A stretch of DNA of 64,000 nt from positions 65,970 through 129,969 of the IMG/VR virus record IMGVR_UViG_3300027850_000003. One strand, 5' to 3'. The stretch is from a virus. The position numbers and the translations under genes were made by a program. This document shows positions 29,001 through 39,345 of this stretch, piece by piece (positions within the stretch are counted from its first letter, which is position 1; the number at the start of each line of letters is the position of its first letter). The notes beneath the pieces were generated by a model. The model saw only the letters and a program-made list of their open reading frames with translations, ran no database searches and was not told the origin of the DNA.

Positions 29001-32000
29001 AAGGCTATGGAAAAACAATTACTGCACTACAAACTCCTTTTGAAAGTTTTGGGAAGTTGCAAGATAAATTAAAAAATAAAGTAATAGATTTAAAAACACA
29101 AATTAGTCAAACTGGGGCCGAGGCAAAAGTTGAATTAGACGCTGCTGGTAACAAAATCTTAACTACTTCTCAGAAAATAAGTAATAGTTTTAAATCTATA
29201 GGGGAGTCTTTTAAAGGAGCATTAATATCTACTGGAATTGGATTAGTTATTGGGGCAGTGATAGGACTAGGAGTTAAGCTAGTTCAGATAGGTCAAGAAC
29301 AAGCTAAATTAGATAAAATATATAAAGAGTTTAATATTACTTTAGAAGAGTCCGCTACTAAATTTGATAGAGCAAATATATCTTTTGATACTGGTACTCA
29401 AGGACTTAGTAAGTTTGGAGATAGGATAGAAAATTCTAAAAAATTAATGTTAGAGACATCTAGTGTCTGGGATGCTTTAGGCTCTACTGTAATGAAAGTA
29501 GTAGATTTAATAGTTTTTAATTTTACTAAATTAAGTCCTGGGGGAATACTACTCTCTTCTATGTGGAATAGTTGGTCAGATGCAGCATTTACTAAAAGAG
29601 CTGCTAAGATGTCTCAAGTATCTGATTTTATTCAAGTTTATGAGCTATCTCTTAGAGGACAAAATAAAGAGTTAGAGAAAGGGAATTTATTAACTGAAAC
29701 TTCTAATCAAAAAATAAAAAATAAGATGATTCTTACTGGGGAAGACTTAGAGCGAGAAAAAGCTGCTAATTCTACTCGTATTGAGTCATTCCAATCTATG
29801 ACAGATGTTCAAAAAAAGCAGCTAGAACAACTAAAAAGTATTGGAGATAAATTAACTGATAGAGATAAAGCTCAAATTAGTATTCTTGAAGCTGAAATAT
29901 CTAGACGAGAAAAATTAGTTGAAGTTAGTAAAAAACAATTTGAGAACCAACTTAAATATCAAGAAGCTCGTAATCTACTAATAGATAGAGAGAATAAGTT
30001 TAGTAACGAACAAGTATCTCTTAATGAATTAAAAACTCTTCAAGGTGAAGTAGATAGCTCTCAAACTACTTTAAATGCAAATATTAGTTCTGGATTAGAC
30101 ATTTATTCTAGTTCGATCAAGGACTCCACTATTAAATCTAAACAATTTCTTTCTGACCTTAAAGATGGAAGCTTAAGTGTTAAAGCATCTATCAAATCTC
30201 TTGGTGGGGAAATTTATAAAGTAGGAGAAGATAGTAAAGTAGTAAGTCAATTACCCGCAGATGTTTTAAAATCTATTCAAGATGCTATTAAAGGTAAAGA
30301 AGTAGACGGTAAGAAATACTCCTTAGAGCAGGTATTAAATCTTAAAGAGACTAGAGATGCTCTTACTACTGCTGGGGTAGAAATACCTAAAGACTTAAAA
30401 GTTCTAGCAGATAAAATGAAAAAGAGCTATGAAGCTTCTGAAGGGGAACTTCAATTAATAAATCTTAAAGACTTAGAAAAAGATTTAGCGGGTTTTAGCG
30501 TATTAAGTGATAAATACCAAGAGAAGAAGAGACAGTTCCTATCTACTACTAAAGATGACATTGGTGCTACCACCTTCTCAACTTCGCTTAGAAAATCTCT
30601 TAGGTTAGCAGAGACAGATTTACAGAACTTTAATAATGCCTTAGATGCGTCTTCTAAAGGTGCTAATAAGTTTGTGACATCTTCCACTCAGAAATTTACT
30701 GAACAAGCCTTAAAAGGGACATTAGACCTTACTGAAGGATTAAAAGAGCTAGGTAAAGTAGAAAGTGAGATTGATCCTAAACAATTAGGAAAACTTAAAG
30801 ATGCAATTACTGGTAAAAATAAAGATGAGATATTAAGTGCATTAAAAGAAATTGGAGTTACTACTGAACAGACATTATCCGCCGATTCAATTGACTTTAA
30901 TAAGTTTGAAGCAGGTATTACTACTTTTGTTGAATCACTAAATGCAGTGGCAGAAAGTGGGGAGATTAGCAGTGAGGAAGTAGCTAAAAAGTTTGAATCT
31001 TTCTATGACCAAATGAAAGGTAAAGTTACCCCTGCTGCTTATAAAGATTTAACTGAGACTCTTATAGGTTATGAGAAAGCTGCTAGTACCCAACGTATTA
31101 ATCTTATTACAATGGAGACTAACGCATTAGAACAACAGAAAAAATATGGCTTAGTCTTAGAGGAAGATTATATTAAGGATGTTAACAACTTAAACATTAA
31201 GACTACTGAAGAAAATATTAATAATAAAAAAATTGAGCTGAAAAGATTGCTTAGTTTATATAAAGAATCTGCTCCTCAAATAGTTAAGGCTAAAGCTGAA
31301 TTAGAGTCTTTAGAGCTAGATTTAAATGCACAGAAATCTAATAATCCTATAGAGATAGCTAAATCACAAAGTAAGGCGAGATTTGATGTTTTAAAAAAAG
31401 ATTTGGAATTAGGTAATGTCACAAAAAGACAGTATATCGAAGAGGAACTTAGAGATTCTAAAAATCTATATTCTATTCAACTATCCGAAAAACAAAAGAC
31501 ATTATCCGAGCTAATGAAAGATGAGGTAAAAAATGCTAAGGCTATCAAAGCTTTGAGAAAATCTATGGAATTAGACGAAAAAGACTTTAATCTTAATCTA
31601 TTAGAAATCAATAGACGGAGGATTGAGGAGCAGTTTAAGATGCAAACTAACGCTTTAGGTAAAAGAGATTTAAAAGCTAGAGAAGCTGCTATAAACGGTA
31701 CTACTAAAGCTGAGTTAGAATCAAATCGCCAATTAGAAAGAGACAAGATTAGTCTTAATATTCAAAGTTTACAAGCTAGATTAGCTATTGAAAAAAAAGG
31801 TAGTGATAAGTTCCTTGAGATCGAGAGACAATTAGTAGAGGCTCAACTCTCTTTAAGGGAGACTCAAGTTAAACAAGGTAAGGATCGAGTTAACGAGTCT
31901 ATTGAAGCTAAAAGAACTGAACTGTCCACTATTGCTGCGTTAGAAGAAAGAAATAATTTAAAAGGTACTTCTGACGAAAGTTTAGAAAAGACTAGAAAGC

Positions 32001-35000
32001 TTAGAGAGAAAGAAGTTCAATTATCCATTGATGCGATTAACTCTCAGGTTTCTTTAACAGAGAAAGGTAGCACTCAAAGGTTAGCTCTTGAAACACAATT
32101 AATACAAGAAGTAAATAAGTTAGAAAAAACTCAACTAGATAATAGAAAAGAAAGACTAGAAGTAGCTCTTGAGAAAAAACGCAGACAATTAGAAACTGAA
32201 CAAATTACATTAGAAAAATCTACTATTAGAGGTACTACTGATAAAGATTTAGAAGCTGATAGACAACTAAAAGAAAAAGATATTAGAAACACTATTGATG
32301 CTTTAACTCAAAAGGCTAATATTTATCAAAAAGGTAAAAAAGAACGAATTGCTATTGAACAAGAAATAGCTAAAGAAACACTTAAACTAGATAAACAAGT
32401 CTTTGAAAATCAAAAGTCTAGATTACAAACTCAAATAGATAATCGTAAAAAAACTTTTGCGGATAGCCAATTACAGTTAGAAAAGTTGATGGTATTGGGA
32501 ACTTCTGTTGAAGATTCTAAGAAGGTTCGTGCGTCTAAAGAAGAAGAATTACAAATTAATATTGAAGCTATTAAAAAAGAGATTAACTTAACTAAAGAAG
32601 GCAGTAATCAGCGTAAAGACTTAGAACGTAATCTAAAAGGAGAATTATTAAAATTAGATAAGCAAAAAGTAGCTAACAAACGGGAGCTAATAGATGAAGA
32701 AATTAATCTTGAAAAAACTAAGATTAGTAAAATTCAAGCTCTTCTAGAACGTTCAACTATCAATGGTAGTTTTGAAAAAGACTTAGATAAGCTGAGAGTC
32801 CTAAAAGAAAAAGAAACTCAAATTAATATTAGTTCTATCCAAAAGCAATTAGCTACTTATAAATTAGGAGCAAAAGAACGCCTAACTTTAGAAGCTCAAC
32901 TAACCCAAGAAGTTACTAAATTACAGAAAATACAATTTGGAAATAAAAAAGAACGATTAGAATCTCAACTAGAAGACACAAGAAATAAATTAGACAAACA
33001 AGTAGCTATAAAAGAAGCTGCTCTAATTGATGGTGCAACAGAACAAGAACTCAAAGTAGTAGAAGAAACTAAGATTAAAGAAACTAAATTTACTATTGAT
33101 TCTGTTAAAAAGCAAATGGCTCTTTATAAGGAAGGTAGTAAGGAGAGGTTAGCATTAGAAGTTAATCTACAAAAAGAAATAAACAATCTTAGAAAGCAAA
33201 CATTGGATAAAGAAAGAAATTTAATCCAGAATAATTTAGACTTTAAGAAAACTAAAATTGATATATCCAATATTGAAGGAGAAAAGAAACTACTTCAAGG
33301 GGATATTGATAGAGAAACTTTTGAAGATAATATCTCTGCATCTAGTCAAAAAGTGAATCTACTCCAACAAGAAGCGTTTACTAAACAACTTAAACTATAT
33401 CAAAAAGGTAGTAAGGAATACCTAGAGATATTGAAGCAGGTATCTCAGTTACAAGTAGATTATCAAAAGTCTGTAGTAGATAAAGCTATTAGAGATATTG
33501 ATAGATTAACTAAGACTCAAAGTAATTCAATTGAAGCTCAAAAACAATCTATTAACAGACAAGTAAGTGCAAGTGACTCATTAACTAAAGAACTTCAAGA
33601 ACAAATTAAACTTGAGGATTCTAGAAGTTCAGTAATTAAAGCTACATCTGACTATCAAATTTCTATCCTAGAGCTAAGTAAAAGGTCTACTGGGGATATT
33701 GAAAAAAGAGCTAAGATTGATGTACAAATAGCTGAAATGAAACAGAAAGCTCTATTAGAAGGTCAAGAATTAGAACTAAACTCTATCAAAAATAATGAAC
33801 TAATTAATCGTTCTGCATTAGAAAGAGAGCGGATTCAGATTAGTCTTAATAGGTTAGAGTTAGATAGAACTAAACTACAGACTGAAGCAGAATTAAGAAA
33901 AGCTAAGTTGAATAAGTTAGATAAAGCTTCTATTGATGCACTTCAGCTACAGTTAGATTCAATTAATGATCAATACTCTGCATTAGGTAGAAGTGAAGAT
34001 TTAATCTCTACTCAAATATCTAATCAAGCTGAAATTAGTCAGAATCAGATCCAAGTAATTAAGCAGCAACAGGACTTAGCAAGACGTAACTCATCCCTTG
34101 ACGTTGAACAAGCTAAGCAAAACGTTATCATTGTAAGCTATGAAAAACAGCTTTCCCAACTGAAAATGAAAGGAACTCTGATAGAAGCTAATGCAAATAA
34201 AGAGAAAATGATAGGTGATATGCTAACTAAGGCTTATGACACTCAAATCTCTATTTTGAATAGTAGAAAAGAATTAATGGACTCAACATTGAGCTCTATT
34301 GATTCTCTTTATGGAATTGAACAGTCAATGGCTAAAAGTGACCTAACTAAGGACAAACTAGCTAAAGACCAGGCTAAAGATCGTTTAAATTTCTTAGAGT
34401 TCCAACAACGAATTGAGAGAGAAAGTTTTGATTTAGAAAAAGCTAAGAATAAAATTATTAGAGAAAGACAGAAAGTTGAGTTAGAGATGTTAGAGATTAA
34501 TTCTCGTCAAGCTCTTGCTACTGCTAAAGTTGAAGAAGCTCGTACTAATGCTCGTAAAGATGCTACTGATGAAGAGAAATTAGCAGCTAAACTTGCAGTA
34601 GAATCAGTAGAACAAGGAATATTAGCAGCAAAAACTAATAAGGAATTATCTCTTGAATTATCAAAAATAGAAGAACAATCTGAAAAAAATAAAGAAGTTA
34701 TTAATGCTCGTAATCAAAGAAATCAAAAGTTACAAGCTCAACAAGCTCTTGCTCAACTAACTTCTGATACTACAGATGACAGAGAAGTAGCAGGTAAAGC
34801 TAGACAATTCAGAGGGCAAGACCAAAATAGTTTAGCTAGTATTGCTACTGTATCCACTAAAGGTATTGATAAGATTATATCTGATTTTCAAAAAGCTATG
34901 GAAGCTAGAAAGCCAATTGATATAACTACTAATCCTGTAGATAAAATTAATGTTACATCCACTTCAAATATTCCTAGTGTTGGAGGGTTAAGTAAAAGCT

Positions 35001-35701
35001 CTAATATCTCTACTACTTCTACTTCTAAAAGTGAATCTCCTATAGATAAAGAGAATAAAAAAGAAGAGACTAAGAATAATAGTGAAAATGTAGCTATTTC
35101 TATTACTAATTTACAAAAATCATTAATAGATAAATTACAGTTGACTACTAACACTTTGGTTGAGACTCTTAAGGGTAATACTACTCAGCTACTAGATAGT
35201 AGTAAATCAGTATACAACCTAATTAATGTATCTGGTAAAAATATTAGCAAGCTCTTAAGTGACACTGCTAAAATAATTACTGGTGGAGTATCTAAACCTA
35301 AAAAAGGAACCATTATTAAAGACCAAGATGGTCAAGAAGATAGTATTGCAGTAGATGACCCTAATAGGAAAGGTGGAATTACTACTACTAAAGAACCCTT
35401 AATAGATTCACTTAAAACTGTTAGACAAAGTGTTGATTCTTTTAAATTATCTTTTGATAACTCTAATCAAATTAAAAAAAATGAAGCAGATAGAAGACAT
35501 AAGGAAGAGTTAGATAATACTACTACTCTTAATAGAAATATTGAAGAGCTAGTTAAAGTAGTAGAGGAATATATAGTTAAAGGTGGCAATGTGACTGTTA
35601 ACTCACCTATAACTATTCAAGGTGGAAATAAGGATACTGGATTAGATATTAATACTCACTTATATAATTTAGCAACTAAAATCGAAAGGAGACAAAAGTA
35701 A
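26015..35701 (+). CDS. Tail tape measure protein
   Basis: 3228 aa, helical/coiled coil, TMP core (AYQAASGG), hydrophobic segments, 89-aa repeats. Confidence 0.9.
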   Translation: MDTSSNIKFNVEGDDKFSKFLEKTQKSLKELSEKTLKTFSAGFKSSSAEITNSQKAVEKLLVEYNKLSKNTLTLNKATQTLTKSFGLAFAAFGAYTNVIQAKAYFDVVLGGVLEIREALEKTGRGLNLMAASGYDAAPLVNTFGEIAAVITGNQEAIENFTTKSTLAFNSFEQKLNEVNIVFGLSKERLSEYGDALQNGLEKNLKNSVSSLTALNAAYQAASGGFTEFQQNQDVVNLAIKANKAAPGSDLYQLGGAISKGAGLLETKDVKELEVVTAKWLATEQLGLTTVGEMTEYLTGMYSALKNAGVGTNKLVDETQGLVVAFTKLGAKVPEITTQMEAFSRNTISKTPEAQKALEGLVDAQGKAITLNQEYFKDKGIVQGILDFAEAVGYNTEKIKEVYNETNAFNFAMKVLAQNGKLAKDSIESISKVTSENLTEAFDSATSSSQAKMEQITNSYDEIMISFGKAFKQRSQEGIESVEIYKKLLVTFKDPLIKIAETSIAVFDNISKVTGVLGAVAKTIISIGGSLLSFKAFGLILGGLTNGFKDLRKESSVIKDLYTSNQGLVAIGKQVLGIDQQKLLSQDRINKAIANSSTLERELTNSIGKTNEARASSITAVQKEIDAIVARDNSVIKGQANVAKIEESLQKKQDKSRGLQDQVVETEGTVSTTENLKKTIDTKLADDIGNVQRFKKLEELNAKESLIRQGEIGDREKAQLKQINSEKLRLNNTYSNTTLNELKDLEKQKDVIRAKSNKREKDFVDLAKLRTKELEVLANEKEKQKTRTPLTDKEKSNLSKASADLTNKINQEELVLLSQRQKLQEANNLVDKESEKLNKARVKETENLNRVTKATTELAVLQQDLNTKKTTSDRVNIATEIQNQKLYSLQKDLRKEQNTLDKIRNKDSQEYQQQLQKISKLQEQEAAQQSTVQKARTTQQLAQKEYNKADVEARTKLRELTKQQGLAEGSLISLKTKSGEITFKNTAFNRGIISSVEGYGKTITALQTPFESFGKLQDKLKNKVIDLKTQISQTGAEAKVELDAAGNKILTTSQKISNSFKSIGESFKGALISTGIGLVIGAVIGLGVKLVQIGQEQAKLDKIYKEFNITLEESATKFDRANISFDTGTQGLSKFGDRIENSKKLMLETSSVWDALGSTVMKVVDLIVFNFTKLSPGGILLSSMWNSWSDAAFTKRAAKMSQVSDFIQVYELSLRGQNKELEKGNLLTETSNQKIKNKMILTGEDLEREKAANSTRIESFQSMTDVQKKQLEQLKSIGDKLTDRDKAQISILEAEISRREKLVEVSKKQFENQLKYQEARNLLIDRENKFSNEQVSLNELKTLQGEVDSSQTTLNANISSGLDIYSSSIKDSTIKSKQFLSDLKDGSLSVKASIKSLGGEIYKVGEDSKVVSQLPADVLKSIQDAIKGKEVDGKKYSLEQVLNLKETRDALTTAGVEIPKDLKVLADKMKKSYEASEGELQLINLKDLEKDLAGFSVLSDKYQEKKRQFLSTTKDDIGATTFSTSLRKSLRLAETDLQNFNNALDASSKGANKFVTSSTQKFTEQALKGTLDLTEGLKELGKVESEIDPKQLGKLKDAITGKNKDEILSALKEIGVTTEQTLSADSIDFNKFEAGITTFVESLNAVAESGEISSEEVAKKFESFYDQMKGKVTPAAYKDLTETLIGYEKAASTQRINLITMETNALEQQKKYGLVLEEDYIKDVNNLNIKTTEENINNKKIELKRLLSLYKESAPQIVKAKAELESLELDLNAQKSNNPIEIAKSQSKARFDVLKKDLELGNVTKRQYIEEELRDSKNLYSIQLSEKQKTLSELMKDEVKNAKAIKALRKSMELDEKDFNLNLLEINRRRIEEQFKMQTNALGKRDLKAREAAINGTTKAELESNRQLERDKISLNIQSLQARLAIEKKGSDKFLEIERQLVEAQLSLRETQVKQGKDRVNESIEAKRTELSTIAALEERNNLKGTSDESLEKTRKLREKEVQLSIDAINSQVSLTEKGSTQRLALETQLIQEVNKLEKTQLDNRKERLEVALEKKRRQLETEQITLEKSTIRGTTDKDLEADRQLKEKDIRNTIDALTQKANIYQKGKKERIAIEQEIAKETLKLDKQVFENQKSRLQTQIDNRKKTFADSQLQLEKLMVLGTSVEDSKKVRASKEEELQINIEAIKKEINLTKEGSNQRKDLERNLKGELLKLDKQKVANKRELIDEEINLEKTKISKIQALLERSTINGSFEKDLDKLRVLKEKETQINISSIQKQLATYKLGAKERLTLEAQLTQEVTKLQKIQFGNKKERLESQLEDTRNKLDKQVAIKEAALIDGATEQELKVVEETKIKETKFTIDSVKKQMALYKEGSKERLALEVNLQKEINNLRKQTLDKERNLIQNNLDFKKTKIDISNIEGEKKLLQGDIDRETFEDNISASSQKVNLLQQEAFTKQLKLYQKGSKEYLEILKQVSQLQVDYQKSVVDKAIRDIDRLTKTQSNSIEAQKQSINRQVSASDSLTKELQEQIKLEDSRSSVIKATSDYQISILELSKRSTGDIEKRAKIDVQIAEMKQKALLEGQELELNSIKNNELINRSALERERIQISLNRLELDRTKLQTEAELRKAKLNKLDKASIDALQLQLDSINDQYSALGRSEDLISTQISNQAEISQNQIQVIKQQQDLARRNSSLDVEQAKQNVIIVSYEKQLSQLKMKGTLIEANANKEKMIGDMLTKAYDTQISILNSRKELMDSTLSSIDSLYGIEQSMAKSDLTKDKLAKDQAKDRLNFLEFQQRIERESFDLEKAKNKIIRERQKVELEMLEINSRQALATAKVEEARTNARKDATDEEKLAAKLAVESVEQGILAAKTNKELSLELSKIEEQSEKNKEVINARNQRNQKLQAQQALAQLTSDTTDDREVAGKARQFRGQDQNSLASIATVSTKGIDKIISDFQKAMEARKPIDITTNPVDKINVTSTSNIPSVGGLSKSSNISTTSTSKSESPIDKENKKEETKNNSENVAISITNLQKSLIDKLQLTTNTLVETLKGNTTQLLDSSKSVYNLINVSGKNISKLLSDTAKIITGGVSKPKKGTIIKDQDGQEDSIAVDDPNRKGGITTTKEPLIDSLKTVRQSVDSFKLSFDNSNQIKKNEADRRHKEELDNTTTLNRNIEELVKVVEEYIVKGGNVTVNSPITIQGGNKDTGLDINTHLYNLATKIERRQK

Positions 35702-36306
35702 TGGCTACTCAATTTCAAGATATAGATGACCCAGTAATCTTAGGACATCATGGCAGAGAAGATGATTTAACTAAATGTTTTCCTCTTCATCGTAAGGTAT
35801 GCTTCTTAAATGAAAAAAATCTCTTAGCAGGAACTGAGATAGGAGATGAAGTATTATACGATATAAATGGGAAATCCTATATTTGCTTATTTGTGGAGTC
35901 TAACGCTTATCAAGTAACTAATGAAGGTGAAGCTACGAGAATGGCTTCTACTGGTTCTGGTTCTTATGTTAAATATTCTCTTATTCGTAAAGGATTCACT
36001 GCTCAATTTGATTATACTACTACTGATGTATTAGTTTCATTAGATAAAATTGCTAAGGATGCTATAAGAGAAAGGAAGTTCGTGGAAGTGATTGATTATG
36101 TTAGACCTGAGACTAAGGATTATGATAAAGGATTCACTATTCGTAAAGGGCTGATTTATTTACCTCTTATTTATTCAGGACTAATGAGCGGACAGAAGGA
36201 GGATACTTATAATGGAAGTAAGATTACTAAACCTACAACTAGACCTATTATTACTCCTGAAGGATTCTCTCTTACCTTTGCTGAAAACTCTTATAGGATA
36301 GGTTAA
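35701..36306 (+). CDS. Tail tip/distal tail protein (putative)
   Basis: Stop/start overlap with the tape measure gene. Confidence 0.5.
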   Translation: MATQFQDIDDPVILGHHGREDDLTKCFPLHRKVCFLNEKNLLAGTEIGDEVLYDINGKSYICLFVESNAYQVTNEGEATRMASTGSGSYVKYSLIRKGFTAQFDYTTTDVLVSLDKIAKDAIRERKFVEVIDYVRPETKDYDKGFTIRKGLIYLPLIYSGLMSGQKEDTYNGSKITKPTTRPIITPEGFSLTFAENSYRIG

Positions 36307-36476
36307 ATATAAAGAAATTAGACGATAGGTTCGTCAGTAGCTAGGTAGTTTTAGATAGATTAGAAGAAAATGAAAAGGGTGTCGGTTAAAATGATACCCT
36401 TGGAGGTAGACAAGAAACTGGTATTATCCACTATTTTAGAAAATTACCTTAAGAGTAAAACCAAATAATTTTGCTA

Positions 36477-36502
36477 AACTGATGACAAAGTATAATTGTT
36501 GT
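36477..36502. repeat. Left 26-bp inverted repeat of helicase 2
   Basis: AACTGATGACAAAGTATAATTGTTGT, perfect reverse complement of 38371-38396. Confidence 0.95.
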
Positions 36503-36510
36503 AGTATAAT
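36482..36510 (+). promoter_or_regulatory. Sigma70-like promoter overlapping the inverted repeat
   Basis: ATGACA-17 nt-TATAAT. Confidence 0.55.
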
Positions 36511-36550
36511 GTAGATAGACAAGAACAAAAGTTTATCGCCAAAACAAAAA

Positions 36551-38335
36551 ATGCAACATAACATTATCGAAGCACCAATTAAAGCCATCTACCTAAGTGA
36601 GTTTCTTACTGAGTTACCTCAAGGAATACTAAATAAAGGGGCAACTGGAGTAGGAGGGACAGAAATGGCTCTTAAATCATCAGAGTCTTATATAATAGCT
36701 GTTCCAACAATAGAAATAATAGTTAACAAAAAGAATCAGAACCCAGAGATAGTAGAAGTTTATGGAGATACTACATTTAAAGAGTTTTCAAAACAGATTA
36801 AAAGTAGAGTCAAGTATAAGATTTTCACTACTTATGATTCACTTCCTAAAACTATTAATTGGCTTACTTCTTTAAGTACCAACCCATATAAAACTAGATT
36901 ATTAGTTGATGAATACCACAAAATACTAAATGATTATAGCTATCGTGATAAGGCAATTGATAATCTACTAAAACAAGCGAGTAAATTTGAGTATGTAACT
37001 TATTTATCTGCAACTTCTATTAAGCCTAAGTTTACTCCTAGAATATTAGAATCTCTTGATTATACTGAGATTAAATGGTCTACTAAAGAGATTAAATTAC
37101 ATCGGAAGAAAACTCCTAATCCTTTTGCTGCAGTAGTTAAAATTATTACTAGATACAAAGCTAATAATTACCAGATGAAAATCAATGGTCATATTAGTAA
37201 TGAAGCATATTTCTTTGTGAATTCGGTTAAGTCAATTAAAGATATTATTAACAACGCTGGACTTACTCAAGATGAAGTGAAAATTATATGTTCTACTACT
37301 GATAGAAATCAACACATACTAGATGATTTTGAGATTGGAAATGTTCATGATCCTAATAAACCTTTTACGTTCGTTACTTCTAAATCATTCCTTGGAGTAG
37401 ATTTTTACTCGGATAGTGGAGTCATTTACGTTGTTAGTAATGTTAATAGAAAAAATACTCTACTAGATATTTCTACTGATATCACTCAAATAGCTGGCAG
37501 GATTCGTAATATCAATAACCCATTCAAAGATACTATCTTCCATATTTATAATACTGGGATACAAGAGCTAAGCCAACAACAGTTCAAAGATAATATTGAA
37601 AAGAAAATTGAAAACACTAATATTCAAATCAATGTCTTTAACAATAAGTTAGAACCAAAAGAAAAAGCTGCTTTCTTAGTTCGATATGAGTTAGATATCG
37701 AAAAAGATTACAGCTATTACAATCCGGAAACTAATGAATTAGAGTTTAATGAACTTAAAAAACTAAATGAGGAGTTTAACTACGAAGTTCTATTCACTAT
37801 TTATAATAATGGTATTAGTATTCGTCAAGGATATTTAGAAGCAGGATTTACTCTTGAAGGAAACCAAGAATATGAAAAAGTAGAAAAAGATTTCTTAGCA
37901 ACTGCTACTAGCATAAGTTATCAGTCAATGTTAAAGCAATATGTGGAATTAATATCTCAAAAAAATCTTAGTTCTGATGACCAATATACTTTAAATAGTA
38001 TTGATAAGTTAGATCCTACTATTAAGAAAGCAGTAGATATTTTAGGAACCTCTCGTATTAGAACTCTACGATATCATAAAAGTAAAATAACTAATGAACT
38101 TTATTATAACTCTAACCAAGTTAAAGAAGCTATTAAAAGTAGTTTAGCTAAGAAAATAGAAAATAATAAATTTTACAGTTTCAATGAGTGTAAAGCTTTA
38201 CTTAGTGACATTCATATCATTCTTAAAATAGATAAAAAATGTAAAGGTAAAGATGTTTTAAGTTATTTAGAAGGAAAAGTTATTAATAAACGAATAGAAG
38301 GAATCCTACTTCAAGGATGTATTTTTGAGGACTGA
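36551..38335 (+). CDS. SF2 helicase-like protein, paralog 2
   Basis: NKGATGVGGT, LLVDEYH, SATS, QIAGRIR. Confidence 0.8.
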   Translation: MQHNIIEAPIKAIYLSEFLTELPQGILNKGATGVGGTEMALKSSESYIIAVPTIEIIVNKKNQNPEIVEVYGDTTFKEFSKQIKSRVKYKIFTTYDSLPKTINWLTSLSTNPYKTRLLVDEYHKILNDYSYRDKAIDNLLKQASKFEYVTYLSATSIKPKFTPRILESLDYTEIKWSTKEIKLHRKKTPNPFAAVVKIITRYKANNYQMKINGHISNEAYFFVNSVKSIKDIINNAGLTQDEVKIICSTTDRNQHILDDFEIGNVHDPNKPFTFVTSKSFLGVDFYSDSGVIYVVSNVNRKNTLLDISTDITQIAGRIRNINNPFKDTIFHIYNTGIQELSQQQFKDNIEKKIENTNIQINVFNNKLEPKEKAAFLVRYELDIEKDYSYYNPETNELEFNELKKLNEEFNYEVLFTIYNNGISIRQGYLEAGFTLEGNQEYEKVEKDFLATATSISYQSMLKQYVELISQKNLSSDDQYTLNSIDKLDPTIKKAVDILGTSRIRTLRYHKSKITNELYYNSNQVKEAIKSSLAKKIENNKFYSFNECKALLSDIHIILKIDKKCKGKDVLSYLEGKVINKRIEGILLQGCIFED

Positions 38336-38370
38336 TGATAAATATAGTAGATACTAGGAGTCGTTTAACA

Positions 38371-38396
38371 ACAACAATTATACTTTGTCATCAGTT
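38371..38396. repeat. Right 26-bp inverted repeat of helicase 2
   Basis: ACAACAATTATACTTTGTCATCAGTT. Confidence 0.95.
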
Positions 38397-38411
38397 ATAA
38401 AAATTATAGTT

Positions 38412-38440
38412 AAGGAGGTAGAATATAAAACTACCTTTTT
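38412..38440. terminator. Terminator between convergent genes
   Basis: AGGTAG/CTACCT stem plus T tract. Confidence 0.6.
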
Positions 38441-38446
38441 CTCCCT

Positions 38447-38659
38447 TTAAAATAGCTCTAAGTCTTTTAAGAGATAATCTTTCGACTTTAATTTTTTTTC
38501 TTTATTTTGTCTAGCGTTATCCCTATAAAATAAGCTACACTGCTGTAAATAATCTACTACTTCTTTTTCTAATGATTCAGGATACTTTCTAATTAAATAT
38601 TCTAACAAGCTACGACATTCAATAGCAAGTATTATTTTATCAAACTCTTCAAAACCCAT
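38447..38659 (-). CDS. Hypothetical protein
   Basis: 70-aa ORF. Confidence 0.5.
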   Translation of the reverse strand: MGFEEFDKIILAIECRSLLEYLIRKYPESLEKEVVDYLQQCSLFYRDNARQNKEKKLKSKDYLLKDLELF

Positions 38660-38680
38660 TTTAATTACTCACCAGTACAA

Positions 38681-38950
38681 TTAATCATTTACCACATACT
38701 CTTTAGCTATTATTTCTTCTAACTTATAAGACTTTTTAAGCTTTTTTAGTTTACTCATGGTTGATAGACTTTCTTGGCTCATTACCTCCTGTCTTTTCTG
38801 TATAAGTGAAATATCAATAGTAATTATATCTATCATTATTTTAAATTCTTCATAAGCATCTAAGTCTAATATCTTCCTCTTGAGGTATTTAATATTATTC
38901 TCTAACTTTGCTAAATATTCTTGGAGTAATTGGTCTAACTCTTTATTCAT
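38681..38950 (-). CDS. Hypothetical protein
   Basis: 89-aa ORF. Confidence 0.5.
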   Translation of the reverse strand: MNKELDQLLQEYLAKLENNIKYLKRKILDLDAYEEFKIMIDIITIDISLIQKRQEVMSQESLSTMSKLKKLKKSYKLEEIIAKEYVVND

Positions 38951-38982
38951 GTTATTTTAATTGTATAGCTTTTTAATTACTT

Positions 38983-39345
38983 ATGTTCCAAATTATAACT
39001 AATAATACTACTCCAGATATTTATATCGAAGATAAACAATTAATCTCTATTCCTTGTTTCTATCTTACTAATGGAACTTCTATGACTAGCTTTGCTCCTA
39101 TGTTCAATATAGAAAGCACAGAAGAAGATTTATTAGACATAGAGGAATTTAGTTATGTATTATCTACTACTCCTTCTCAATATCAAATGTTCGAGATAAG
39201 TATAAATGACCTAGAACCCTTAGACGATATTTCTAGCCTATATATAAATGGAAGTAAATATCAGAATCTCTTAGAGGTAAAAGATTTAGTCTTAAATACT
39301 ACTCAACAAAATATTACTACAATAGAAGAAAGAGAATCTACCTAA
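38983..39345 (+). CDS. Hypothetical tail-region protein
   Basis: Coupled (TAATG) to the next gene. Confidence 0.5.
   Translation: MFQIITNNTTPDIYIEDKQLISIPCFYLTNGTSMTSFAPMFNIESTEEDLLDIEEFSYVLSTTPSQYQMFEISINDLEPLDDISSLYINGSKYQNLLEVKDLVLNTTQQNITTIEEREST

Noticed and set aside
1920-35154. Short antisense or nested ORFs (1920, 2331, 7751, 11225, 18384, 18722, 19720, 22363, 24265, 27463, 30451, 31477, 34888)
   Set aside because: They overlap longer, better supported genes and show no motifs
36321-36402. Hairpins upstream of helicase 2 as a third copy of the 20806/53220 element
   Set aside because: Only GTTCGTC is shared; more likely the terminator region of the upstream gene
36477-38396. Classical IS element
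   Set aside because: The enclosed protein has helicase motifs and no recognisable transposase motif; no target duplication seen. Kept as an unexplained element instead.
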